DNA of 64,000 bases from a virus. Shown in pieces: positions 45,443 to 58,500 of this stretch. The position numbers were made by a program, and so were the translations under genes. The stretch lies in IMG/VR virus record IMGVR_UViG_3300025137_000020, positions 1-64,000 of that record. The stretch is one strand, 5' to 3'. Each line of letters begins with the position of its first letter. The stretch's first letter is position 1. The notes under the pieces are model-generated. The model was not told the origin of the DNA and searched no databases. It saw nothing but the letters and a program-made list of their open reading frames with translations.

Positions 45443-48400
45443 TTATTGGGTTGCGATTGCTCTAAAGTTTTTAATCTCTGGTACAATAGCGCTATCTGCA
45501 GTTGTACCATCGGATGCCACAGACCTTAGTATAATTTTTATCTGAAATTTAGTAAATAGATTTATGTCATCAGAAGTTGATGTTCGAAAGTGTACTTCTC
45601 TGAAGTTCCCGCTGACTGGTATAGTTGCCGATTCTAATTTAACGTATGCGCTTGATCCAGTGATGTCATCAAATCTAGCATACACATCTACATTACATTG
45701 TGGCAAAGGCCTTTTAATGTCCATATATACGTCTAGCCTATCCGCCGAGTTGTCTAAAACTACTGGCTTCGTGATATATCTTGCATCTGCATTGCCATGT
45801 GTCTCTCTAGTTTCATTAGTCAAATCATTGTCAATGTTATTCTTAATTGACAATAATGATAATCTTTGAACATCTAATTGTGGAGTTACGTATTTATTGT
45901 TAGACTTTAGCGTTGCTGTTAAAGCTAATCGATTTGCATATAAATCTACTGTAGAATGTAGATTTAGAACTCTACCCGGCGATATGGAATACGTTTCACC
46001 GGCTACAGTAAGACTATATGAAATCGAAGTTCCTGGTAGTTCAACTGAGTTACCTGCATTCAGATTAATCGCGTCACACTTTACTGGATTGCCCGAAGTC
46101 GTACCTGCAGGAAAAATTTTAGTAAATGAAGAATATCCACATGTAGTAGATGTTTTAGTTACAGACGATCCGCTTTCAAAGAATTGCATATAATTGATTT
46201 TCATCTTGAAATCTTTATTTTGATCAGGCGTCCAAGTTGAAGCATTAGCTGATTTGAGAGATACACCAGTATAAGGATTCTTTGTAATTCTTTGAGAACC
46301 TGCTCCTACATCAATTCCACCAACTTCAGAATGCCATAATGTCCAATCTGGCGAGTTACTCATTACTACGATAGCATATTCACTTCCGCCTTTGAGATGT
46401 ACTGGAGAGTCAAACACAAACTTAGTGGCTAATGAAGCATTGGTTGGGTCGACTTCTGCAATTGTTTTAGTCCCCACCGCTGCAGCGGCAGCGAGAGTTG
46501 CAGAAGCTCCGGCATCAACTGCGGCTTGAGCATTTGGGTATCTTTCAACTCTACTAAATGGAATCATTTTTTGGGTTGGAATACCATTCTCTGTTGGTAC
46601 CAAGTGTATTGAAACTGGTAATTTACTATGAGATTTAGCAAAGTATAAATCAATATCTTTTAGTGTTATGCCAGCTGGGTATAAATCTCCATCTATTAAG
46701 AAGGTTTGTGCAAGAGGGTCAACGTGTCTAATTCTGCCAGTAGCTGCTACCTGAGTAGTTGTTAATGTTCTATTTGATTCAACTCGTCTTTCGTCAATTG
46801 CGACTCTTCTTGTAGTTAAAACTTGCTCTTCAACTGTCTGCAATAGGCCTCTAGCTGCGTATGTAGCTTTAGCATATGTTGTAGCAGCAGTCAAATCATT
46901 ATTAGAATCGTCTGAAAATATTACTTCTCTTTCACCAGTTCTAAATCTGAGCGCGTCGTTATTTGGAATAACCAAATAACCTGTCAATGTGCCAGCGTCA
47001 TTACTCACTAAAGTGTCTGCTGAGATATCACCTGGAGAATCGTTAGTGTGGTCTTGACGGGTCGAATCGTCTCTAAATTCGACAAACGCAGTAGATTTAA
47101 CATAACCACTAACATCAACGCCATCAAAGAACGGATATATTGTAGTGTTAGGTTTTAATCCGGTAGCTCTAAAATACACTCTCCTTGAACGGATAAATGG
47201 TACAAAAGATACATCAACAACTTTGTCTCCTAAACTTTCTCTAATTGTTTCGAGTTCAGCAAACTGTTGCATGCCGTCTCTAGTTTGAATAGTTGATGTA
47301 GTTCTCGCCTCTAGTTCAATCTGAGCGCGTCTTTGGTTTACTGCTGTTACAGTACCACCATTAAATGTTGGTACCTCTAAAGTGTTTCTATGCCCGCATC
47401 TGCAATTTCTAGTATGGGTTGTCCCGCCATGCTGCCTCATAATATTTGCGGTCGAGGTCATGTTATTCCAACCCAAACTCCTAGTTTCGGTTACTCCACT
47501 CCAAGTTGTGTTCCAATCGTTCCAACGAGTACCTTCTGATGCTAATTGTTCATTTACTAGATTTAAAATAGCTTCAGAATTACCATCTTGTGATATAATT
47601 ACTTCTGGTCTGCGATTAGTATCTCTCCATTCATCATTGTCAGGCGAGAGCTTAACTTCACCCACCCAAGATGCTACATCAAATGGATTAACACTTATTG
47701 CAACTGATGCGAATGGTTGGTCAATCAACGTACCGATTGAGCTAGAATTTAATCTAATAATATCTTCTTGGCCGATTGGTGAAGGGTCATCCACTATGCC
47801 CCCGGTGGTTTTTAGTTTGTCGTCTGCTTTATTGCCGGCTCCTGGTGTCCCAAGAGTAATTCCGATATTGGTAGTACGAAATGATGGCCTTAAGATTCCT
47901 TTTTCAGGCTCTATTGATATTCTATAACCAGGGTCACTCGGCATGCCGATTGCGTGACCTTTAAATTCATCGACCATAATTCCATGCTTAAATCTGTCAA
48001 TGATAGTATCATCGTCAAGCACTTTTTGATCTTTTGTAATCTGCTCTAAAAGGGATAATGAAGAATAGTACTCTAAGTTCTTAACGCGTCGGTCAATCTT
48101 ACCGATGTCTTTCATCGTATAACGACGATTGTCATGGTAACCTATCTCGATACCCTGTACGGAATTTGTGTAAGCTGGTACATCTAAATCATAGAGCAAC
48201 ATTGCGTTATCTGGTATAGATTGAGGACCATTTGCTTCTGTATCGCCTTCTAAATATTCAAACTCGCCATTTGTTTTTAAAACTATTCTGTCGTGTCGAG
48301 GAATAAAAAATTCAATATTACCAAACTCAATAATACCATTGGGGTCAATAGAAACATTTGAGCCTCTAAAGTCAATCATATCTAATAAATGTCGACCGCT

Positions 48401-50641
48401 GAAATGTGATACCTCAGCTCTTTGAACATTGGTAGCATCTCCGGCTGAAACGTCATCACCAATTGTATATGAGTCAACCCAAAAAGCATCATTGCCAGTT
48501 TGGGCATGTTCTAAATATCTATAAGCGACTGTCAATGTCTGTGTTGTAGTCACTGCTTTAGTGCATTTTAGTTGGCCTACACCATAATTAGTAGGTGTCT
48601 GGCCGTTCACTAAAATAAAGCTATCGGCTAAATCTCCATCAACACTACCTACAATAGTATCAATTCCAATGACATCGGTCTTTACTAAATTGGCGGTTTG
48701 ACCTCTAGTATATGTAGATGTACTAATCACTTCGCCTGATATAAATGTTTTTGTTTTTGTTTTTAGTGTAGCAGTTCGCTTAAAAGAATATGTCGCCTTG
48801 GCGGCGGCAGCATTTGCAAATCCGTGGCCAGACGCTAGAGTTAAAGTACAATCTTGGGCTGAGTTCGTAATACTTACATTACTCACCTGTTTGAAGGCGC
48901 CAGATGCATTAACTACAATATAATCATTTGGGTTATCTTGATAGTACTGACTTCCGCTCAATTGTGGTAATGCGATAGTTGCAACACTGCCAGAGACCGC
49001 TACAGTCCTGGTAGTTGAAGTTTCTCTAATAGGAATTTTAATTGTATTGAGCGAACTGGAGGGTACTTGAGTTAGACTCTTTACCACATTTTGTGGAAGT
49101 GGGAATACTAAATCACCTGAACTGATATCATTTAGCTGAAATCCGCCAGCAAATCCATTAGTACCTGTAAATGTACTAGTACCATCTGCGGCAGTACCAA
49201 AAATAAATTTAGCCGCAGATAATTTATTAGCGCCCATCGTCACAGCGCTAATATAAAGTCTAAATCTTCGTCCAGTATATTCTATACCTCGAATGGTACA
49301 TGTTCCTAGAGATGACCCGCCAGATGTTGCTGATAACGTATACGATGTAGGTGAAGAGGCATTAGCATCGCATTTGGGTAAATTAGCAATACTAGTCAAT
49401 TCAATATAGTTACCTTGTCTAGCTTGAATAAATTCACTGGTGTGAACTTCAGTGTCTCGTGCTTTATCAACAATGATTTCTTGTTTCTTTATAATTTCAA
49501 TCCGCTTACCTTTTACGTAGGCGGTAGAAGGTTCTAGAGCTGCAATAAATTTAGCGCCGTTACCTGCAGGAACCGCACCAGCAGCGTATTTTCCTCGATT
49601 GAAACCGGTGTTCAAATGTTCTCTTAATTCAAGTTGGAACGGCTGAAGAGCGTAGTCTCCACTTTCTTCGAATGTTCTTGTGGCTAAAGTTTCTCCTAAT
49701 TTATTGTACTTTGTTTGTACTGGCTGAGTAACTTGAGCCTGATTTAATGTTATGACATCAATTGCATTGGCTGTCGATGTTCCAACTACATGAGCGGGTG
49801 TACTAATTATTTGTGTGTCATCTGTAATTAAACAGAGAGTCAGGCTCATCGTAAATCTATCTGCGCCAGGAGCACTTTGATTTGTAGTTCCCGCTGCATT
49901 ATCATAAAGAGTATTATCATTGACCGCACTAACTGTGCTCTCATTGACTAAAAAGCCTACTTTACCATCTAAGAGAGTGTACGGGGTTGATTGATCAACA
50001 TCTATATATTTGGTTTGCGCGTTTGCAATAACAAAATATCCTTTAATGAAATATACGCCCTTATTATTATGCAGCTTTATTGCGAACCCACTTTTTACTA
50101 TATCAGTACCATCACCAAGTACACCATTCACTGACAAAAATATTTCACCACTATCTTGTAACTGAGTAGATATTTTAATGTCAGTTTGGATGCGAGTCCC
50201 GTTCTCAAAAGCTGTGGTTTGAGAATCATAACGGACATAGAATCTATACTTATCGCCAGATACTAATTCGTAATCCATAATGGTGGCAGAGACTGTTGCT
50301 GAGGCTAAGGCAGTCCCAACATAAATTCTTTTACCAATAAGCGGTCTATTTGCATTTGCTGCTGCGCTTGCACCACCACTAGATAATGTGATATCTACCC
50401 ATTGTACTTTATTATCAACATCAATTTCACCTTCAAGAACTCTCGTTCCGTCTACAAATATGTGCTGACCAAACTTATCAATCTGATCTTGAATAGCAGA
50501 CTGCATTTGATTCAATTCACGAACTTGGACTGACCGCCCCGCCTGAAATAGAACCTTTAAGTAGTTTTTGTCTGAATTGCCACTGGCCGTATAATCGTCG
50601 AAATACGGTTGGCCTGCAGTTGATGATGTGTCGATTGCCAT
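45443..50641 (-). CDS. Large virion structural protein, DUF4815/VrlC-like
   Basis: PYFDDY...KVLFQAGRSVQVRELNQMQS, APGADR, RTFEESGDY, NRRYTMKDIGKIDRRVKNLEYYSSLSLLE, DPLAQTF, W..DQ..D.K, P.IKNFRAIA. Confidence 0.88.
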   Translation of the reverse strand: MAIDTSSTAGQPYFDDYTASGNSDKNYLKVLFQAGRSVQVRELNQMQSAIQDQIDKFGQHIFVDGTRVLEGEIDVDNKVQWVDITLSSGGASAAANANRPLIGKRIYVGTALASATVSATIMDYELVSGDKYRFYVRYDSQTTAFENGTRIQTDIKISTQLQDSGEIFLSVNGVLGDGTDIVKSGFAIKLHNNKGVYFIKGYFVIANAQTKYIDVDQSTPYTLLDGKVGFLVNESTVSAVNDNTLYDNAAGTTNQSAPGADRFTMSLTLCLITDDTQIISTPAHVVGTSTANAIDVITLNQAQVTQPVQTKYNKLGETLATRTFEESGDYALQPFQLELREHLNTGFNRGKYAAGAVPAGNGAKFIAALEPSTAYVKGKRIEIIKKQEIIVDKARDTEVHTSEFIQARQGNYIELTSIANLPKCDANASSPTSYTLSATSGGSSLGTCTIRGIEYTGRRFRLYISAVTMGANKLSAAKFIFGTAADGTSTFTGTNGFAGGFQLNDISSGDLVFPLPQNVVKSLTQVPSSSLNTIKIPIRETSTTRTVAVSGSVATIALPQLSGSQYYQDNPNDYIVVNASGAFKQVSNVSITNSAQDCTLTLASGHGFANAAAAKATYSFKRTATLKTKTKTFISGEVISTSTYTRGQTANLVKTDVIGIDTIVGSVDGDLADSFILVNGQTPTNYGVGQLKCTKAVTTTQTLTVAYRYLEHAQTGNDAFWVDSYTIGDDVSAGDATNVQRAEVSHFSGRHLLDMIDFRGSNVSIDPNGIIEFGNIEFFIPRHDRIVLKTNGEFEYLEGDTEANGPQSIPDNAMLLYDLDVPAYTNSVQGIEIGYHDNRRYTMKDIGKIDRRVKNLEYYSSLSLLEQITKDQKVLDDDTIIDRFKHGIMVDEFKGHAIGMPSDPGYRISIEPEKGILRPSFRTTNIGITLGTPGAGNKADDKLKTTGGIVDDPSPIGQEDIIRLNSSSIGTLIDQPFASVAISVNPFDVASWVGEVKLSPDNDEWRDTNRRPEVIISQDGNSEAILNLVNEQLASEGTRWNDWNTTWSGVTETRSLGWNNMTSTANIMRQHGGTTHTRNCRCGHRNTLEVPTFNGGTVTAVNQRRAQIELEARTTSTIQTRDGMQQFAELETIRESLGDKVVDVSFVPFIRSRRVYFRATGLKPNTTIYPFFDGVDVSGYVKSTAFVEFRDDSTRQDHTNDSPGDISADTLVSNDAGTLTGYLVIPNNDALRFRTGEREVIFSDDSNNDLTAATTYAKATYAARGLLQTVEEQVLTTRRVAIDERRVESNRTLTTTQVAATGRIRHVDPLAQTFLIDGDLYPAGITLKDIDLYFAKSHSKLPVSIHLVPTENGIPTQKMIPFSRVERYPNAQAAVDAGASATLAAAAAVGTKTIAEVDPTNASLATKFVFDSPVHLKGGSEYAIVVMSNSPDWTLWHSEVGGIDVGAGSQRITKNPYTGVSLKSANASTWTPDQNKDFKMKINYMQFFESGSSVTKTSTTCGYSSFTKIFPAGTTSGNPVKCDAINLNAGNSVELPGTSISYSLTVAGETYSISPGRVLNLHSTVDLYANRLALTATLKSNNKYVTPQLDVQRLSLLSIKNNIDNDLTNETRETHGNADARYITKPVVLDNSADRLDVYMDIKRPLPQCNVDVYARFDDITGSSAYVKLESATIPVSGNFREVHFRTSTSDDINLFTKFQIKIILRSVASDGTTADSAIVPEIKNFRAIATQ

Positions 50642-50652
50642 AGTTTATTCCT

Positions 50653-52485
50653 TTAAAATTGTATAATAAGTCTTACTTCTTCTGTTTGCTGTGCGTTTCT
50701 TCTAATTGGTGCTCTGTTATCAACAAATAAAACATCGCCAGTATCTTGATTATATTCTCCTTGCTTTAAATTAACGTATCCAATCGCAGCACTGCCCTGT
50801 TGAACACCATTACTGTTAAATATTTTAACATTACCACTACTATTAAATGGTTTTTGGTTAATAGATTTATGGCTATTCTGGTGAAAGTAAATTCTGTATC
50901 CGCCGGATTGTGTGCCAGCCGTATTAGGGTCTCCGTCTATTGGGTCTAGTGCTTCGTACTCAGATACCTTATCAAGCCATGCAAGAGGATTTGTCGCAGT
51001 GCCGGCATCCATTTCTATATATGCTCCAGTTCCTAAGTTTTGAATTTCATTAGGAACTGAGTTCGCGAATACCTGAAGATACTGTAAACAGTTCATCGCT
51101 TTCTCCGCGGGAAGATTTTCTTCGTCTGGATATGTCCCGCCAGGACTATTCAAATCATCTTCAGCTGTTCTCATATCTTTTAGCGAGTCTCTAACTAATG
51201 ACACCTGTCTAAAGTCAATGCCTACTAATGATTCTGCAATATATTGAGGTGGACTATTGTTAACACTTTCTGCAGATTCATTACCCACAGTTCCAACAAA
51301 GTCAGAAGAAATACCACAATAATAACTTGGAAGGTCCAATAGCGGACTCCAGCCAAAACCATTTTCGGGTGCAATTAAAGGTTGAATATCAGCTTCAACG
51401 AAGGTCGCTGAACTAATAAATAGATTCGCGGAATCAATTACTTCAATACTGACTTCTCTCATCCCGCCGCCGTTTACTACAGATTGTGTCCAATTAGGTC
51501 CACTACTAGTACCTCCAGTTGCGGAAGATGCTGGGACAGATGCTATTCCATATCCGAGCGCTTTAGCTTTGTCTAAATCCCATACAACTTTGGTAACTTG
51601 GCCACTCGCATTAGTTTCTAAAGATATATCAATTGCGGCCGTCTCATTACCTTGAAGTATTGTTCCATCTAATCTCCGACCTGTAAGTCGTGCCGGCAAC
51701 GCATTACCATTAGCAACACTTCGATTTTCAGGATACCCAGTGCCTGGAGTCTCAGCACCAATTCTAAATCCATATACTAAACCAGCTGTAGCTCTAGCGG
51801 CTCTCTGACGACCATTTTCATACGCGCCACCTTCGCCATGTCCTGCAATATTATTTAATCTACCGTCTACTAGTGCGTTTGGAGTAACATTTACAAATGT
51901 CTTTGAATCGCCAAACAGATTTGATAAACTTTCTTTATTATAATAGTCAATATATCCCCAAATATAACCATCAGTATTTTGTACTACACCAAATGGAAAG
52001 TTTTCTCCAGCTGGCATTGTAGGAATTCGTGCGGTTGTGGCTAATCCACCATTGTTGCCTAAACAAACATAGAGCTTTGAGTGACCTAAACTATCTGTAT
52101 ACATTACATAACAAGGAAGTTCTTGTAAATTAATATCGGCATCAAAACACCCGGTATTTGTAGGATCATATACTTTATACATGGCCCCAACTTTAAATTC
52201 AATTTGTGGTACAAGTCTAAGAACATCAGTAGCATCGATCTTCATAAGAGTCATAAGATTCTTTTTGATGTCTGCCTTTTCTAAAACATTACCTTCTGGC
52301 AACGGAACAATAAATCCGGTTTCTGCCTCGGTTCGGCCGTTATCATCTCTGTCCCAAGGGTCCGTTTTACCGATACCTACATAATAATTGACCGCTGTTG
52401 AAGTCGGTGATTGACTAGAACTAACATCTTCAATAAACCTCTCAATGTTACTTTTTCTAAAATCGTCTGTGATAATTGCTGCCAT
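50653..52485 (-). CDS. gp8: Baseplate wedge subunit
   Basis: MAAIITDDFR, LYVCLGN, DGYIWGY, DFRQVSLV, C-terminal TGDVLFVDNRAPIRRNAQQTEEVRLIIQF. Late promoter at 52516-52523. Confidence 0.88.
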   Translation of the reverse strand: MAAIITDDFRKSNIERFIEDVSSSQSPTSTAVNYYVGIGKTDPWDRDDNGRTEAETGFIVPLPEGNVLEKADIKKNLMTLMKIDATDVLRLVPQIEFKVGAMYKVYDPTNTGCFDADINLQELPCYVMYTDSLGHSKLYVCLGNNGGLATTARIPTMPAGENFPFGVVQNTDGYIWGYIDYYNKESLSNLFGDSKTFVNVTPNALVDGRLNNIAGHGEGGAYENGRQRAARATAGLVYGFRIGAETPGTGYPENRSVANGNALPARLTGRRLDGTILQGNETAAIDISLETNASGQVTKVVWDLDKAKALGYGIASVPASSATGGTSSGPNWTQSVVNGGGMREVSIEVIDSANLFISSATFVEADIQPLIAPENGFGWSPLLDLPSYYCGISSDFVGTVGNESAESVNNSPPQYIAESLVGIDFRQVSLVRDSLKDMRTAEDDLNSPGGTYPDEENLPAEKAMNCLQYLQVFANSVPNEIQNLGTGAYIEMDAGTATNPLAWLDKVSEYEALDPIDGDPNTAGTQSGGYRIYFHQNSHKSINQKPFNSSGNVKIFNSNGVQQGSAAIGYVNLKQGEYNQDTGDVLFVDNRAPIRRNAQQTEEVRLIIQF

Positions 52486-52551
52486 AAGTGTTCCCGTTAA
52501 TTTAGATTTTAATCTTATTTATATGAGTTGCTGTGTAATTTATTTAGTTAT

Positions 52552-55500
52552 TTAAAAATCAAAATCACCAGACTCAACTCCACCGTCTGTAATTTCTATT
52601 GATTTACCTCCACCCGAAACTGCTGTTACTAATAGTGTTCTGGCATTAGAAACTATGTTTGTCGGTGTAGTGTCATTAGGAGAATCATATTGTGCTCCTG
52701 CAAAATATTTTGTACTGCCCATAGTAAATTTGATGTCTGACGTATCAGTATCATTAAACGTAACAGCATTACCACTTACTGGATTCACTGCTATATCAAC
52801 AATTGGGTTTTGTTGGTCTGATGCATCAACTACTTTAAATGTGCCACTCCTGCCTGTGCCAGTTACCCGCATTCCATTTACTATAGTGCCTGTTGGTGCT
52901 CCGGCTAATCTAATTGTAGTTTCTTTAAATATAATAGATTTACCATTCCCAATGTCGCCCGTAAGAGGACTACTTAATTCAATTGCACTCTGTCCAATAC
53001 TAACAATTGTAACAGTTCCTGTTGGAAAATTAGCATTTGTTGATGTTACCACCATTCCGGTCGATAAGCTACTCATACTATTACCGCTTTTGCCAGTTAT
53101 AGTATGCACTCCCAACTTAGTATCTCCATTTATATACGGTCTTTTTATTACTACATTATTTCCTAAATTTCCTGTAGGAGCTGAACTTATAGTTATCTGA
53201 CTATTTGGTACATCAATATTGGTAATTGTAATTGTACCAGATGGCCAAGTCGATGCGGTACAGGTTAACACATCGCCGATATTTAAATCTGCAATTGTAT
53301 TTGTATAGCCATCTCTAAATCCATCGATTGCAAATGTAGCAGATGCTGCAGCAGTTTGATTTCTATCAAAGGTGAATACAGAACTTTTAGCAGTAGGTGC
53401 TACTCCAAATGTTCCAGTTGCATCTTCAATAGTACCAGTAGGTAATGTAAAGTACGCGTTATTCGCCCAAGATACATAGCATCTACTTAGTTCATCGCTA
53501 TTAAATGTGGTTCCTGCAAAATCTATTTCCGGTCCAACCGTCGCTCTACTTAAAGAACTTAGATTTAATTTATGAAATCCAATTAGCTTAACTCCACTTC
53601 CAATATTTTTAAACGCAGCATTCAATGTAGTTACATTAGTCGTATCCAAACCTCTTACATCAATATGTCTAAGACTTGAACAATTTTCAAACAGTGTTCT
53701 TAAATTAGTAAGATTTGAAGTATTACTAATTCCTTTAATAGAAATGAAGTCGGTTAGTCCGGTACAACCTTTTAGTGATAATGATGCACTAGTACTACCA
53801 CCTTGTACTAACGCCGAATTACCCAAATAGAATTTTCTTAAGTGTGTTTTGAAATTAGCTCGAGCTGCTGTTAATTGTATTGCAGTGATTCCAGTTACCG
53901 CCGCGGATGGACCTGAACTATTAATAGCCCCCACATTAAATTTGTGGTATGTACCAGCCACTTTAATTATAAATCGTTGTGGTGATGCAGTTTCAGTATA
54001 CACGTGATACAAATCGCGGTCTCTCGATGTGTCTACTTGATTTGAGGTGCCGTCACCCCAATCGATTGAGATGTTATGGCCATTCGACGACTGATCTTTT
54101 TGGAATGGCAATATAATCATATTAGTATTAGTACCACCAGAAGCTGGAATTTCAATTTCTATCAGAGTTTCGACTGGTGCGCCAGTACTTATAAGTGAGC
54201 CATTAATTTCATCTGAATATTCAATACCATTTTTAATTTCGTCAATTGTCACTGAAAAGTCTTGGCCTTCAATAATATGACTGTAATTGCTAATAGCTTC
54301 ATCTGCATTTAATATAGGTGTCTTCCAATTAATAATTTGAATTTTCTTTTCATAATCATCTGCACCTAATTTATACTTAGCTTTGCCACTAGTAAGTTCT
54401 TCAATAGATGGTTCTAAGCCATTAACTTCATCGATTCGTGGAGCATAGAATTGTACTGGGTGTTCGGCATCTAATGGATTAGCATTCTGAAGAACAGTCA
54501 GCTGAATCTTAGTCATAGCAGAATTAAATTTCCAATCTCCACGACTTGTAGAAGCTGGTAATGTACGAACTTTCAGTGGATTAGTACTTGGAAGATAGAT
54601 ACCACTATCTTCGTGGTCTGTAGTTCCTACATGCCCGAATGGTCTAATATGTCCGACTACTAAGAACCATTGATTTTCATTCAGTGGGTTTCCATCGGGC
54701 GATGAGGTTGTAGTTGAATTTAATCCAAAGTCAAAGTCATCTATAAATGTTGGTGTATTTATTTCATCACCGCTGGTAATGTTTATAGCTTCAAGTGTCG
54801 CACCAGAATCATTAAGTCCTTTCCATCTAAATACTTTAATACCACCGTCTGTAGTGTCATAAGGATTTACTCCTGCAGCGTATCTAACATCAGAAGCTTT
54901 AACCCATACTGACATTCGATATGTTTTACGTGTATCTACATCTACTTGTGGGCTTATAAATCCACCATCAGCAAAACTTATTACTTTACCGCTACTTGTA
55001 TTAATAGTACCACTTACTAAATTTGCCCTGCCTATAAATTCTGTGCCGGAGGTAGTTAATGTTTGACCGGCTTTAATCTTAACTAAAATATTTGCTGTTT
55101 CATATACACCCGCTGCAGTAGTTTTACCATAATTAACTCCACCATCCGTAATAGTAATTGATGTTGGTTTACCACCGCTTACTACAATCGTAGCTTTAGC
55201 TCCAACACCCACGGCATCTGAATCATTCGGCGAATCGGTTATTTCTACATTAGTGTATGTTCCATTAGTATATCCACTACCAGCTACATATCCTGTGCCA
55301 CTTAAAAATATACTAGAAAGTTTTGCCCAGTCACCATCTTTATTTCTGGCCTCCCATAATACATCTGTACTTCCAAATGGTGTTACACCTTCGAGCTGAA
55401 CGTTTTCTTGCGTTGTTCTAAATGGAGAGTTACTTCCACTATTAAAGGCAATTGGGTTACCTAGAGCTTCAAAATTATTATTGGTTCCGGTACCGACTGT

Positions 55501-58500
55501 AAATGGTAAATTACCAGCTAGTAGATTTGATTCTATTATCGGCAGCGCGTTTAAATCAAAGTCGCCTAAATTAGTATTCTTATCGCCTTTTACATTATAG
55601 AAATTAGTATCTGCGGGATGTTTAATATCAATTGCAACACAAGCCTCATCATTTGTTTTAAGTGTATTTAACGAAATATCATAGTCTACATTATCTTTTA
55701 AGTCAATAATAGTTTCTCTTCTTTCGTCAATCTCGTCTTTGCCTTTTACTATATCAGAATCAAAACCTTCTTTAATATTAACGTCTTTGATATAGAAATA
55801 TTCTCCGCTAGCATCACCAGTATACCCAGCATAACCACGAAGTGCATTATCCTTTAGTGTAGTAACAAATCTAACTATAGGTCTAGGGTCTTGTTGAACA
55901 GAAGGTGCAATAAATTTATGAGTAAATGGTATCCAATTGCCCTTTTCTGTCACAACTACTGGTTCAGTTCCATACGCGTCATAGCCGGCAAGATCGCCCG
56001 TCATAATCTGAAACTCGCCTGATAGATTTGAGAACAAAGGATTTCCAGTATCGTCATACACATATTGACCACTAATTTCGTCCGTAGCTCTTTGATTGAT
56101 TCCTGCCATAACATGAATCTGTTCTAGTTTAGTATTTGTTGACGGTATATAAATCTTTCCGGTGACCTCATAAATCTCGCCTGGATTATATAATTCGCCT
56201 ATTCCAAATCCACCAGACTCGTCACCGAGTGAAACATAATGTAATACTGAAGAAGACGCAATATATTTTAAAGCACCATATTTACCTTTAGGTACGCCCA
56301 AGTATGGATTTCCGCTTGAATGATATTCTTGACCAACATCCGCAGAATCTAAAGTTCTGTTCTCTAATGCAGGTACAATTAGAGTTCCGCCGTATTTAGT
56401 TGCGCCATCTGTGGCTGCAATACTGCTGAAATCTACGGGTCTGTAAAATTCTGTATAAAAATTGGGGTGTTGATTTGTTCTTCCTATAAACCCAGCATCT
56501 GGAGCATCGGCGACTATACATTGGAAATTCCCTTGGTATACCCTCTTTCTTTTCTCGCGAACTTTAAAATTCTCAAGCTTCCAATTGTATTCATACAGTC
56601 TTTCGAGATCAGCGATTGCGGTATTAATTGCTAAACTATTACCAGTCCTAGTTTGGTCTCTATCAACAATATGGTCAATTAGAATTTTAGGGTCATTCTC
56701 ATCTGCGGGAATGTAAAGCTTATGTGTATTAGCGCCTTCTACAATCAGACCATTGTCTAATGGCTCTACTTTAACAAATCCACCGCTTCCGCTGATCCCA
56801 TCGCCCGAATCTCTATTATAAAGTTGAAGTATATTTTCGCCAATAGATAGAAATTCTGATTCAAATACGAATAGGCTATAAAATTCACTCTCTGAAGTAA
56901 TATTATTCAGCTGATTATTCTGGTCAGGTACTACTCTAACTGCCGTAGTAGATTTGTAATAGTCTACTGGAGTTCTTGTCCTACTTATCGAGTCGGCGTT
57001 AGTGTCATCAACTCTTAACTGGTGACCATTATGTGCAAAAGAGTATCCACCTTCAGCGTCTCCAATGTACAGATATATTCTACATATGCCTTCTAATGAT
57101 GAGTTGAATTTAAATTCGTGAGGGCCTGTTCCGTGGTGTCCAGTACCACCCAAATCTGCATTTGGATTTCCAACACAAGAACTCGGGCTCGACCGACGTA
57201 TTGGAAAATACTTTCCAATTTTACCGGCAGACAAGAATAGATTCGCAGGAATATTTTTATCATTAATTTTAGTGGCATTAAACGAAATTTCATATGCCCG
57301 GTCTGATTCCCATCTAAAGTCATCCGATACATATGCACCGAGCTCTCCTTTATTCACCGGTTCATTCGTAGAGAACTTAACATCTCTTGTTAAGTACAAG
57401 GGTCTGTCGTGAGTATTGCTTGCAAGCGCATTATGTTCAGTATTAATTTCACCATTACCTACAGTATCAACTATCAATGTTATGTCGGATAAACCTGAAA
57501 GATTTCCAATTTCAGCATTTGGAATGACAAATCTGTCGTATTCGTCAAAACCAGTTATATCAGTCAATAAGTCAATTTGACCATAGCTTCCGCCAATGCC
57601 CGCTCGATATGCTAATTCTAAACCACTACCAAACGAGCTTGTGATATCAACGCCATCTTTATCGGTTATAGTAAATTGGCCGTCAGTAAGTAATGTGTGC
57701 TCACTTATTGTACCAACAAGCGCTGACCTGCTAGCAGCTCCAGTTCGCCTAAAGCTTCGAGGTGTTGTAGCCTTAAGAGCTTGTGCGGAGTCTCCGCCCA
57801 ATGATATAGTATTATTTAATTCCAATACTTCAATACCACCGTTATATGTGAGTGGCGTGTAGTCAGTACTGGTTTCGGTCGCAGGAATTGGATTATGAGC
57901 AGGACTGTCAGAGGTTAACCTATCAAACGAAATACCAACTTTATCTGTTTCAGTAATTAAATATTTAACTTCTTCTTCGTCGCTTTTATTGGTTGAGTAG
58001 ATATCTCTTACATCAATATTTGTAGGATATTTTGACAACTGGTGAGGCAAAACATTATTGTGTAATAATGAATGTACACTCGGCGCTTCATTATTTTCAT
58101 CTAAGTAATCAATTCTCGGTCTTGCGAATTCAATTTCATTGCCGGTAGTAATAGCTCTATACAAAAAACTTCTAATTAGAACCGCATTGGTGTCAGTGCC
58201 CAGCGAAAATTCTTGGATAGTTATACTAGAAATTTTATTTTTAGTTTCAACAGAGTATATTCCGCCATCACTGTAATCATTATAGCTTAAGCTTTCAGCT
58301 TCCGTTCTTTTAAAGAAATTTTTATTATACGTGCCGTTACTGCCATCAGCTTTAGTTATATATCCAACTGCCATATACCATTTGCCTACTTCAATCCCAT
58401 CTGGCAGAGAACTCAAATCAAAACTGAAAAAGTATGGATTATTAGTAGTAATTGTGTTATTCCGTTTCGACGCTACAGTTCCTCTTACACCACTACTTGT

